This document shows, piece after piece, positions 8,566-16,788 of a stretch of DNA of 19,878 nucleotides. Origin of the DNA: Candidatus Asgardarchaeum abyssi. Its GTDB lineage: Archaea; Asgardarchaeota; Asgardarchaeia; Asgardarchaeales; Asgardarchaeaceae. Numbering within the stretch: the stretch's first letter is position 1; each line of letters opens with the position of its first letter. The stretch lies in NCBI GenBank assembly GCA_040225955.1, contig JBECUL010000041.1, positions 1 through 19,878 of the forward strand. The letters are read 5' to 3'. The notes under the pieces are model-generated. The model saw only the letters and a program-made list of their open reading frames with translations, was not told where the DNA came from and did no database searches. Both the position numbers and the translations under genes were made by a program.

Positions 8566-9449
8566 CAAAAATTTTTCGACAAGATACTTCTTACTATCTC
8601 TTCAATTATTTTTTCTACAGGTCTTGTAGAGTCTTCTGATATTTCGATTCTTTTTCCAATACTTGCAATAGAAACTTTTATAGCAGTATCAACATCAAAC
8701 TTGCCCATATAATGTATCATCTGAGCGATATCTATTGCTCCTCTTACAGAAGCTCCTCTTACAATCTCTGGATGTTCTCTAGTCATTCTGACAACCTTTA
8801 CTGCAAAATCAATAATTTCTTCTATATCACATCCACTTTTAATACGCACAATCTCTTTTTCTTCCTCTTCGGATTGATATCCAAGCTTAATCCATATGAA
8901 TCTATCTTTCAGAGCTTCACTTAAGACACTTGTGCCTACGTATTCTTCAGGATTTTGAGTTGCAATAACCATAAATCCATCTTTAGCCTTTACCTCTCCA
9001 AGTTTAGGTATCTCAACTATTCCTTCATCAAGAGCTGGAAGTAAAGCATTTTGGGTTCCTTCAGGCAACCTATTTATCTCATTAAGGAATAAGATGCCTC
9101 CATTAATCATTGCTTGAACCAGTGGGCCTGGAACAAAAGCATCCCATGTCCATCCTTTTTTAAGAACAATTGGAGGATCGAAGAATCCAACCATTTTAGA
9201 CTCTGTAAATCTCTCGTCTCCATCAATTCTGATAAACTTCTGATCAAAATATTTTGCTAAAGCTAGTCCAATTGTGGTTTTTCCTACACCAACTGGTCCT
9301 TCTATTAGTACATGCTTTCCTGCAAGTTTAGCTACTACTAGCTGAATTAATTCATCCGTACGACCTACTACACCATAGGTTCTTTGTATCTCCTCAACTA
9401 TTCTGAGTACTTCCTGATTTCCGCTTAACTTACTGATTTCCGCCTTCAT
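8565..9449 (-). CDS. MoxR family AAA+ ATPase
   Basis: Walker A GPVGVGKT, Walker B position ILFLNEINR, sensor I ATQNP, LSEALKDRF, sensor II SVRG. GGTGA SD and an adjacent VWA gene. Confidence 0.92.
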   Translation of the reverse strand: MKAEISKLSGNQEVLRIVEEIQRTYGVVGRTDELIQLVVAKLAGKHVLIEGPVGVGKTTIGLALAKYFDQKFIRIDGDERFTESKMVGFFDPPIVLKKGWTWDAFVPGPLVQAMINGGILFLNEINRLPEGTQNALLPALDEGIVEIPKLGEVKAKDGFMVIATQNPEEYVGTSVLSEALKDRFIWIKLGYQSEEEEKEIVRIKSGCDIEEIIDFAVKVVRMTREHPEIVRGASVRGAIDIAQMIHYMGKFDVDTAIKVSIASIGKRIEISEDSTRPVEKIIEEIVRSILSKNF

Positions 9450-9564
9450 TATATATCACCATATCCTGTTTTTCTATCAAGACAATAGAACTTAGGTGTT
9501 TGCCGATACAATATACACCAGTACCTAATCTTGATTCTCTTGTAGTATATCATTTAAACTAACA

Positions 9565-9580
9565 GCAAAAACGTTATAAA
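9565..9580 (+). promoter_or_regulatory. Putative BRE-TATA promoter of tRNA-Leu
   Basis: GCAAAAACG-TTATAAA about 43 nt upstream of the tRNA. Confidence 0.4.
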
Positions 9581-9623
9581 TTTATCTATTCTTTATTTTT
9601 ATAGCAAATCTGTTTACTCGTTT

Positions 9624-9708
9624 GCGGGGGTAGCCAAGCCTGGTCAAAGGCGCAGGATTCAGGATCCTGTCCCGTAGGGGTTCCCGGGTTCAAATCCCGG
9701 CCCCCGCA
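9624..9708 (+). tRNA. tRNA-Leu(CAG)
   Basis: Acceptor GCGGGGG/CCCCCGC with A73, anticodon arm CAGGA-TTCAGGA-TCCTG, long variable arm, T-loop TTCAAAT. CCA not encoded. Confidence 0.96.
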
Positions 9709-9768
9709 CTAATTGATACCAAAAACCTTTTATCTCATAACTATAAAACAAAATTATGAGAAAGTTAG

Positions 9769-9844
9769 GGGGCGGTCGTCCAGCTTGGACTAGGATGCTC
9801 GCCTGGGGCGCGAGTGGTCGGGGGTTCAAATCCCCCCCGCCCCA
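9769..9844 (+). tRNA. tRNA-Pro(GGG)
   Basis: Acceptor GGGGCGG/CCGCCCC with A73, anticodon arm CTCGC-CTGGGGC-GCGAG, T-arm GGGGG-TTCAAAT-CCCCC. Confidence 0.95.
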
Positions 9845-9852
9845 TTAAGAAT

Positions 9853-10779
9853 TTAAATCGAAATTTCTACTTTTTGTTCACGAAGAAAATTCTTTAGATC
9901 ATTCAGGTATGGCATAGCCTTTTGCGTTCCAATTTTTTGAATTTTTAAAGCTGCTACCGCATGACCTAAGAAGGCGCAATCTTTAACCTCAAGTTTATTT
10001 AAAAGTCCAAAAATAAAACCAGCCGCATATGCATCACCTGCTGCTGTTGTATCAAGAATATTCTTTATTTTGAACGATGGTATATGATACGTTTTTTCAC
10101 CGTTGCTAACAAAAGATCCTCTATCTCCGAGCTGGACGGATAAGATAATATTCAATTCTTTGGCGATTTTATGAACAAGGTCTTCTGTCGGTTCTGATCC
10201 TACGAATGCTTTAAATTCTACTCTATTTATGAAGAGTAAATCTATATTTCTAAAGAGATACTTCAGCTTATCATATCCTATGAGGAGTGTAGTCTTTCCT
10301 GGATCAACACTTAAGAGTATCCCTGTTTTTTCCTTTACAGAAACTGCTTGTTCGATAACTTTTTGCTTAATGCTTGCAAGATGTAAAATTTTTGCTTTAC
10401 TAATATATTCCACCATATCCTCTGTAATAGATAATTCATTATTCGCTCCTCTATAAGTATACATAACGTGCTCTCCTTTTTCAGTATTAAAGATTAAGGT
10501 AAAGCCTGTGATATAACCACTTAGGATTCTAAGGAATGTTGTATCTACACCCTCACTTCTAATAGATTCTACGAAGAACTTTCCGTTTTCGTCATCACCT
10601 ATACATCCAATAAACCCTACTTTTTTTCCTAATCTAGATATGCTCACTGCGAAGTTTGCAGCTCCTCCTCCTGCAAATCTGATAAACTTTTTAATCGGAA
10701 CTTTTTCATCTTGCTCAGCCAATTTCTCGGTTATCACTAAATTATCAATATTAGCATTGCCAACAGCGATGACATCCAT
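9853..10779 (-). CDS. PfkB/ribokinase family carbohydrate or nucleoside kinase
   Basis: VGNANID, GGGAANFA, GCIGDDENG, N..E, DTTAAGDAY PfkB signatures. ATG 10779 follows a GGTGA SD. Substrate cannot be determined from motifs. Confidence 0.92.
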   Translation of the reverse strand: MDVIAVGNANIDNLVITEKLAEQDEKVPIKKFIRFAGGGAANFAVSISRLGKKVGFIGCIGDDENGKFFVESIRSEGVDTTFLRILSGYITGFTLIFNTEKGEHVMYTYRGANNELSITEDMVEYISKAKILHLASIKQKVIEQAVSVKEKTGILLSVDPGKTTLLIGYDKLKYLFRNIDLLFINRVEFKAFVGSEPTEDLVHKIAKELNIILSVQLGDRGSFVSNGEKTYHIPSFKIKNILDTTAAGDAYAAGFIFGLLNKLEVKDCAFLGHAVAALKIQKIGTQKAMPYLNDLKNFLREQKVEISI

Positions 10780-10815
10780 ACATTCACCATCCAACTAAGT
10801 ACAAATCGAGGAAAA

Positions 10816-11748
10816 TTAAATTAGGAGAGAAAGTATTGCTTTCTGGGCATGCAGCCTATTTTCTGCTTGATCCCAAACAACACTATGTGGTCCATCTATA
10901 ACATCATCTGTTATTTCGGCCCCTCTATGCGCAGGTAAGCAGTGCATTACAATGACGTCTTCTTTGGCGTAGCTTAAAAGTTTACTATTTACTTGAAAGG
11001 GTGGAAAGATTTTCATTCTCTCCTCCATTTCTTTTTCCATGCCCATAGAAACCCATACATCGGTATAAATAACATCGGCGTTGTCAACAGCCTCCTTTGG
11101 ATCATATACAATCTCTACCTTTGAATTTGATTTTTTGGCATTTTCAAGTGCCCACTTCATTATCTTCTCATTTGGCAAGTACTTTTCTGGAGTGCCTATA
11201 GCTATATTCATTCCTACTTTTGTTGCAGCAATTAAAAGAGAATGCGCTACGTTATTTCCACCATCACCAACATATGCTAATTTTACATCTTTAAACGTAC
11301 CTTTTTTTTCTCTTATAGTCATCAAATCAGCAAGAGCCTGGCATGGGTGTGTAAGATCAGAAAGTCCATTTATTACAGGAATGTCTGCATATTCGGCTAA
11401 GGTTTCTAAATCACTATGAGAGTAAACTCTTGCCATAATACAATCCACATATCTACTTAATACTCTCGCAGTGTCTGCAATGGTCTCTCCTCTTCCAAGT
11501 TGCAATTCATTCCAACTAAGATATAATGTAAATCCACCTAATTGTTTCATAGCAACCTCAAAAGAAACTCTTGTTCTAGTAGATGGTTTTTGAAATATTA
11601 ATGCGAGTGTTTTTCCTTCAAGAAGTTTATGTGGTTCGTTTCGTTTTTGTTTTCTTTTAAAATCATCTGCAGTATCTAACAGAAATAGTATTTCTTCTGT
11701 TGTAAAGTCTTGAAGTGTTAAAAAATCTCTTCCCTTTAAACATACCAT
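10816..11748 (-). CDS. argF: Ornithine carbamoyltransferase
   Basis: STRTR, HPCQ, DVWVSMG and HCLP motifs. ATG 11748 follows a GGTGA SD. Confidence 0.97.
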   Translation of the reverse strand: MVCLKGRDFLTLQDFTTEEILFLLDTADDFKRKQKRNEPHKLLEGKTLALIFQKPSTRTRVSFEVAMKQLGGFTLYLSWNELQLGRGETIADTARVLSRYVDCIMARVYSHSDLETLAEYADIPVINGLSDLTHPCQALADLMTIREKKGTFKDVKLAYVGDGGNNVAHSLLIAATKVGMNIAIGTPEKYLPNEKIMKWALENAKKSNSKVEIVYDPKEAVDNADVIYTDVWVSMGMEKEMEERMKIFPPFQVNSKLLSYAKEDVIVMHCLPAHRGAEITDDVIDGPHSVVWDQAENRLHAQKAILSLLI

Positions 11749-11905
11749 ACTAATCACCGCATAATGTTATCTTTTTCTTTATTATTTTTTCATATATAAT
11801 TCAAATTATTAGCGCCAATGTCTTCTAATATTTATGATGAAAAAATATTTTTCTTTAGAGATATACTTATTAAGTCAGATATTTCATATTTTTAAGGGTT
11901 AGAAA

Positions 11906-12499
11906 ATGTCTAGCTCTGACGAAGGCATTGACGAACTTTTTAGAAAAACAATATTTGACCTAGAATTTATTGAGCTAAAACTTGAGATGGGGTTAGTCGA
12001 GGTTCCTATAAAATTAACTGAGAAAAACGCAGATATAGTAAACTACTTACAAAATATAGGGTCTTTTGATGAGGAGAGTGAAACTTTTAATGTTCCTCTC
12101 TTTATAGCGCATGTTCTTCTCAAAAATAATTTATGTGAAATAGATATTCCATATTTCAAGAATTTGTCACTTGCACTACGTTATATACTTCAAGAGCAAA
12201 ACAATCCTACATTGCAAAGTTTGCCAGAGAACTTTTTATCTTTACTAAAAGAAAAATTAGAGTTATTAAAGTATATCAATAAGAGCAATCCTACACCCTC
12301 TACTGTAAAGGATGCTCAAATGTTAGAGCTTTTTTTGATGGATCTTATAGACGTGCGATTATCAAAATTGTTTAAGATTTTAAGAGCAAAAGAGGTTCGT
12401 AATTTAAAAGAGGTATTAACCAATGAAGAACTATTACTTTATATCTTACTCCTCGATATTTATAAGAAGTGGTTAGAAATTGTAGGGATGCAAAAATAA
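11906..12499 (+). CDS. gins23: Probable GINS subunit, Gins23 (Psf2/Psf3-like)
   Basis: 197 aa, directly upstream of mcm, the known position of gins23. VPLFIA..L beta-domain motif followed by EQ..LQSLPENF, D.RLSKL and LTNEE helical-domain motifs (B-A order). Confidence 0.75.
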   Translation: MSSSDEGIDELFRKTIFDLEFIELKLEMGLVEVPIKLTEKNADIVNYLQNIGSFDEESETFNVPLFIAHVLLKNNLCEIDIPYFKNLSLALRYILQEQNNPTLQSLPENFLSLLKEKLELLKYINKSNPTPSTVKDAQMLELFLMDLIDVRLSKLFKILRAKEVRNLKEVLTNEELLLYILLLDIYKKWLEIVGMQK

Positions 12500-12577
12500 G
12501 AAAGTGTAAATATTTGAAAAATAGTAAATTATATAACTTAAGATTTAAATTGCTCCTCTCGGGGTTTGAATGTTAAA

Positions 12578-14617
12578 ATGACAGAAGAAATAAATATTGA
12601 AGCAAGATTTGAAGAATTTCTAAGAATATATCAAGATGAAAAAGGGAATTATAAATATAGAGAACGCGCTAAAGAAATGGCCGCTGAGGGGATGATATCC
12701 CTAATTATTGATTTTGATGATCTATTAAGATTTGACCCTGAACTAGCTCGTATTTTGCTTTCAGAGCCAGCTCAAGTTTTATCGGCTGCTTCGAACGCCC
12801 TACGAAACTTAATGCAAATAATAGATAATGAGTATGCATCGTCGGTAAGGAATTTTCATGTTCGTATAAAAAATCTACCTACTACAATTCCGCTAAGAAA
12901 AATACGTTCTTCTGAAATTGGAAAATTAATACAAATAAAAGGTATCCTCACAAGGGCTAGTAAAGTTAAACCTCTTCTTCATACTGGCGCTTTTAAGTGT
13001 GGTAGTTGTGGTGCAATAACTTATAAAGAGCAAGAGGAAGGAAGATATTCTCCTCCTTTGATCTGTAGAAGCTGTGGTCGAAAAGGACCTTTTAAACTAC
13101 TTGAAGATGAATCTACTTTTATAGATTGGCAAAATATTCGTATTCAAGAAAGGCCAGAAGAATTACCCGCAGGACAGCTTCCCAGGTTTATTGATGCAAT
13201 AGTAACTGAAGATTTAGTCGACAGTGCGAGACCTGGTGATAGGGTTACTATAGTTGGTATTCTTCGTTCTACCTTGGATACTCGTACTGCTGGAAAATTG
13301 GCTACTTTTAGTACATACATTGAAACTGTATATATAGAACGGGAAGACAAAGAGGTTGAAGAAGTTTATATCTCTAAAGAAGAAGAAAAGGAGATACTTG
13401 AATTTGCTAAAGATCCTTTTGCAAGTGAAAAACTCATAGCATCTATTGCACCATCAATATACGGCCTTCGTCATATAAAGGAAGCTATAGCTCTTATGTT
13501 ATTTGGTGGTGTTACAAAGGAGTTGCCAGATGGTGTAAAGATACGTGGAGAAATAAATGTGTTACTTGTAGGAGATCCCGGTACGGGTAAAAGCCAATTA
13601 CTTAAATATGCAACTAAAATAGCACCTAGAGCAATATACACTACTGGAAAGGGGTCTACAGCTGCAGGTTTAACAGCAGCTGTGGTTAGAGATTCTATGA
13701 CTGGATCTATGACATTAGAGGCTGGTGCATTAGTATTAGCTGATAGAGGACTTGCTGCAATTGATGAGTTCGATAAGATGCAAAAGGATGATAGAAGTGC
13801 TATACATGAAGCAATGGAGCAGCAAACCATTTCAATCGCAAAAGCAGGAATAATAGCAACCCTTAATGCTAGAACAGCAATTTTAGCGGCTGCCAATCCT
13901 ATATTTGGCCGATATGACACGTATAAAACTGCAGCTGAAAATATAAATCTGCCAGCAACAATACTATCGAGATTCGATCTAATTTTCGTTTTGACTGACA
14001 AACCTGATCCAAAGATGGATAAAGAGCTTGTTACTCATGTATTACGATTACATCAAAGACCTTATGAAATACAAGAAGATATACTTCCTACAGAATTTTT
14101 GAAAAAATATATTGCATATGCTAGGAAAAATATCCATCCAAAATTATCAGAAGAGGCTGCTAAAATCTTAGAAGCGTTCTATTTAGAATTAAGAGCCAGA
14201 AGTAGTTCGTCCTCTGTTGCTATAACTACAAGGCAGTTAGAGGCCTTAGTGAGATTAGCTGAAGCTCATGCAAGGATGGAGCTTCGTGGTGTTGTTACAG
14301 AAAAAGATGCAAAAGCTGCAATTCGACTAATGAAATTATCTTTGCAACAAGTAGCCTTTGATGAGACAACAGAAAGTATAGATATAGATAGAATTCTTGT
14401 CGGCAAGCCCAGATCCCAATTAGAACAGATGAGTAGAGTTCTTGATATAATTATTGAGTTAGAAAGGGAAACTGGTGGCCCAGTTCCTATCACGAAGGTT
14501 ATTGAGGTTGCTGAAGAGGAGGGCATTCCAAGAAACTTTGCCAAAAAGGTTATAGATGATTTGAAGAATGATGGAACTATTTATGAACCCAAGCCAGGGT
14601 TTGTTAAGAAAGCATAA
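12578..14617 (+). CDS. mcm: Replicative helicase MCM (no intein)
   Basis: C4 zinc finger CGSC/CRSC, QERPE..PAGQLPR, GDPGTGKS, IDEFDKM, SRFD, TTRQLE and a C-terminal winged helix. Confidence 0.98.
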   Translation: MTEEINIEARFEEFLRIYQDEKGNYKYRERAKEMAAEGMISLIIDFDDLLRFDPELARILLSEPAQVLSAASNALRNLMQIIDNEYASSVRNFHVRIKNLPTTIPLRKIRSSEIGKLIQIKGILTRASKVKPLLHTGAFKCGSCGAITYKEQEEGRYSPPLICRSCGRKGPFKLLEDESTFIDWQNIRIQERPEELPAGQLPRFIDAIVTEDLVDSARPGDRVTIVGILRSTLDTRTAGKLATFSTYIETVYIEREDKEVEEVYISKEEEKEILEFAKDPFASEKLIASIAPSIYGLRHIKEAIALMLFGGVTKELPDGVKIRGEINVLLVGDPGTGKSQLLKYATKIAPRAIYTTGKGSTAAGLTAAVVRDSMTGSMTLEAGALVLADRGLAAIDEFDKMQKDDRSAIHEAMEQQTISIAKAGIIATLNARTAILAAANPIFGRYDTYKTAAENINLPATILSRFDLIFVLTDKPDPKMDKELVTHVLRLHQRPYEIQEDILPTEFLKKYIAYARKNIHPKLSEEAAKILEAFYLELRARSSSSSVAITTRQLEALVRLAEAHARMELRGVVTEKDAKAAIRLMKLSLQQVAFDETTESIDIDRILVGKPRSQLEQMSRVLDIIIELERETGGPVPITKVIEVAEEEGIPRNFAKKVIDDLKNDGTIYEPKPGFVKKA

Positions 14618-14628
14618 AGGTGCCTTGT

Positions 14629-16788
14629 ATGGCTTTATCTCTTGTAGAACTTCCAATCCCAACGAAAGTGGCTATGTTACTTAAGGATAAAGGTATAACC
14701 ACCCTATACCCTCCTCAAGAAGAGGCTGTGAAAAAAGGTATTTTTAAAAAGAAAAATTTAGTTATGGCTGCACCAACGGCATCTGGGAAAACACTTATAG
14801 CAGAGTTAGTTATGTTAAAAAACATTTTTGAAAATAGAGGTAAAGCGATATATCTGGTTCCATTAAGAGCGATAGCATCTGAGAAATATAAGGAATTTAA
14901 GAAATATGAAGAAATTGGAATAAAAGTAGCTATTACGACAGGTGATTATGACTCTTCAGATCAATGGTTAGCTAATTATGATATAATTATAACAACAAAT
15001 GAGAAAGCTGACTCTCTTCTCAGACATAACCCCTCTTGGATTAATAATATTGCTGTGATAGTTGCTGATGAAATCCATCTCATCAATGATGAGGATCGTG
15101 GTCCAACACTTGAAGTCGTCTTAACAAGGTTAATGCAAATAAATCCTGAGGCCCAAATAATTGCATTAAGTGCAACAATAAATAATGCTGATGAAATAGC
15201 ACATTGGCTTAATGCGGAGTTGGTTGTAAGTAATTGGCGTCCAGTTCCACTTAAAGAGGGTGTGTGTTACAGACGAACTGTGCAGTTTTCAGATGGTTCC
15301 ATAATTAAAGTAAAAGAGATAGTCTCAAACGCTACAGTAAATTTAGCACTTCATGGGCTTTTAAATGATGGACAAGTTTTAGTGTTTACTAACACGAGAC
15401 GTAAGGGTGTTAAATTAGCTCAAAAAATAGCCGATGTTATTTCGAATAGACTTTTTTCGCAATATTTGGAGAGAGAGTCTCTAAATAAAGTTTCACAAGA
15501 AATTATTAGCTCAACCGAAACAACACAACTAAGTAGACAGCTCGCTGAATTGGTAGTTAATGGAGTTGTGTTTCATCATGCGGGGTTACATTATGTTCAT
15601 AGAGAGATAATTGAAAATGCATATAGGAACAATATAATAAAAATAATTGTTGCAACCCCAACCCTTGCTGCGGGTGTAAATCTTCCAGCAAGATATGTTA
15701 TAATTGATAGCGTAAAACGATATGACATGCGATACGGATACTCCTATATTCCAATTTTAGAATATAAACAAATGGTGGGTCGTGCTGGACGTCCACAATA
15801 CGATGATATAGGTTATGCAATAACGATTGCTAGATCAAAAAGCGAGATTAATTATCTTCTTGAAACTTATGTGATGGGAAATCCAGAAGATATAACATCA
15901 AAATTAGCTAATAGAGCTATATTAGTTAAACATATATTAGCATCAATAGCAGCAAAATATACTCCATCGTTAAAAAATATGATCACGTTTTTCTCTAGGA
16001 CTTTTTATGGATTTAAAGAGGACTTGTCCATAATAGAAAGAATAATAAAAGATAGTTTATCTTTTCTATTAGCTGAGGAATTTGTAGTTGAGAAAAGTAA
16101 TTTCTTCTCAGCAACCAGATTTGGTGAAAGGGTTTCTCAGCTGTATATAGACCCATATACTGCAATTATCTTTAGGAACTTTTTGCTAAGTGATAGAGAT
16201 TTTTCAAATATAACAGCATTTGGCTTGCTCCATCTGATATGCCATACTCCAGATATGCCGAAATTGAATATCTCAAGAAATGAAGTATATGAGTATGAGG
16301 ACATATTAGAGGATCGATATGATCAAATTCTGGTATCAACCGACGAGTTTTACAGGGGCGGTTTTGAATATTATGAGTTTTTATCTGAAGTAAAAACAGC
16401 ATCCCTACTAGAGGATTGGATTAATGAAAAGCCTGAAGATCTCATTCTTGATAAGTATAATATTGGTAGTGGCGATTTACTAAGATTAAAGGAGAATGCT
16501 GAGTGGCTTTTATATGCTGTAGGTGAAATAGCTAAAATTTTCGGAAAGGACAAGATTCTTAAGATCATTAATGATCTAAAAGTTCGTGTTAAATATGGCG
16601 TAAAGCAAGAATTGTTGGAGCTTGCTAAACTTGAAGGTGTTGGAAGGATAAGAGCTAGAATATTATATAATGCAGGTTACACGACGATAGAGAAGCTTAG
16701 ATCAGCAAATCAAAAAGATTTAGAGAGATTACCTTACTTTGGTCCTAAAATTGCTGAACAAATTATAAGTCAATTAAGAAGAATTTAA
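14629..16788 (+). CDS. hel308: Hel308/Hjm Ski2-like DNA helicase
   Basis: APTASGKT, DEIH, LSAT, WRPVPL, FHHAGL, TPTLAAGVNLPA, QMVGRAGRP and the domain-5 RAR motif (GRIRARILY). Confidence 0.95.
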   Translation: MALSLVELPIPTKVAMLLKDKGITTLYPPQEEAVKKGIFKKKNLVMAAPTASGKTLIAELVMLKNIFENRGKAIYLVPLRAIASEKYKEFKKYEEIGIKVAITTGDYDSSDQWLANYDIIITTNEKADSLLRHNPSWINNIAVIVADEIHLINDEDRGPTLEVVLTRLMQINPEAQIIALSATINNADEIAHWLNAELVVSNWRPVPLKEGVCYRRTVQFSDGSIIKVKEIVSNATVNLALHGLLNDGQVLVFTNTRRKGVKLAQKIADVISNRLFSQYLERESLNKVSQEIISSTETTQLSRQLAELVVNGVVFHHAGLHYVHREIIENAYRNNIIKIIVATPTLAAGVNLPARYVIIDSVKRYDMRYGYSYIPILEYKQMVGRAGRPQYDDIGYAITIARSKSEINYLLETYVMGNPEDITSKLANRAILVKHILASIAAKYTPSLKNMITFFSRTFYGFKEDLSIIERIIKDSLSFLLAEEFVVEKSNFFSATRFGERVSQLYIDPYTAIIFRNFLLSDRDFSNITAFGLLHLICHTPDMPKLNISRNEVYEYEDILEDRYDQILVSTDEFYRGGFEYYEFLSEVKTASLLEDWINEKPEDLILDKYNIGSGDLLRLKENAEWLLYAVGEIAKIFGKDKILKIINDLKVRVKYGVKQELLELAKLEGVGRIRARILYNAGYTTIEKLRSANQKDLERLPYFGPKIAEQIISQLRRI

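Noticed and set aside
3005-16568. Antisense ORFs inside aspS, alaS, VWA, moxR, pfkB, argF, mcm and hel308 (including the 176-aa ORF at 13471-14001)
   Set aside because: They lie opposite conserved genes and have no recognisable motifs or SD sites.
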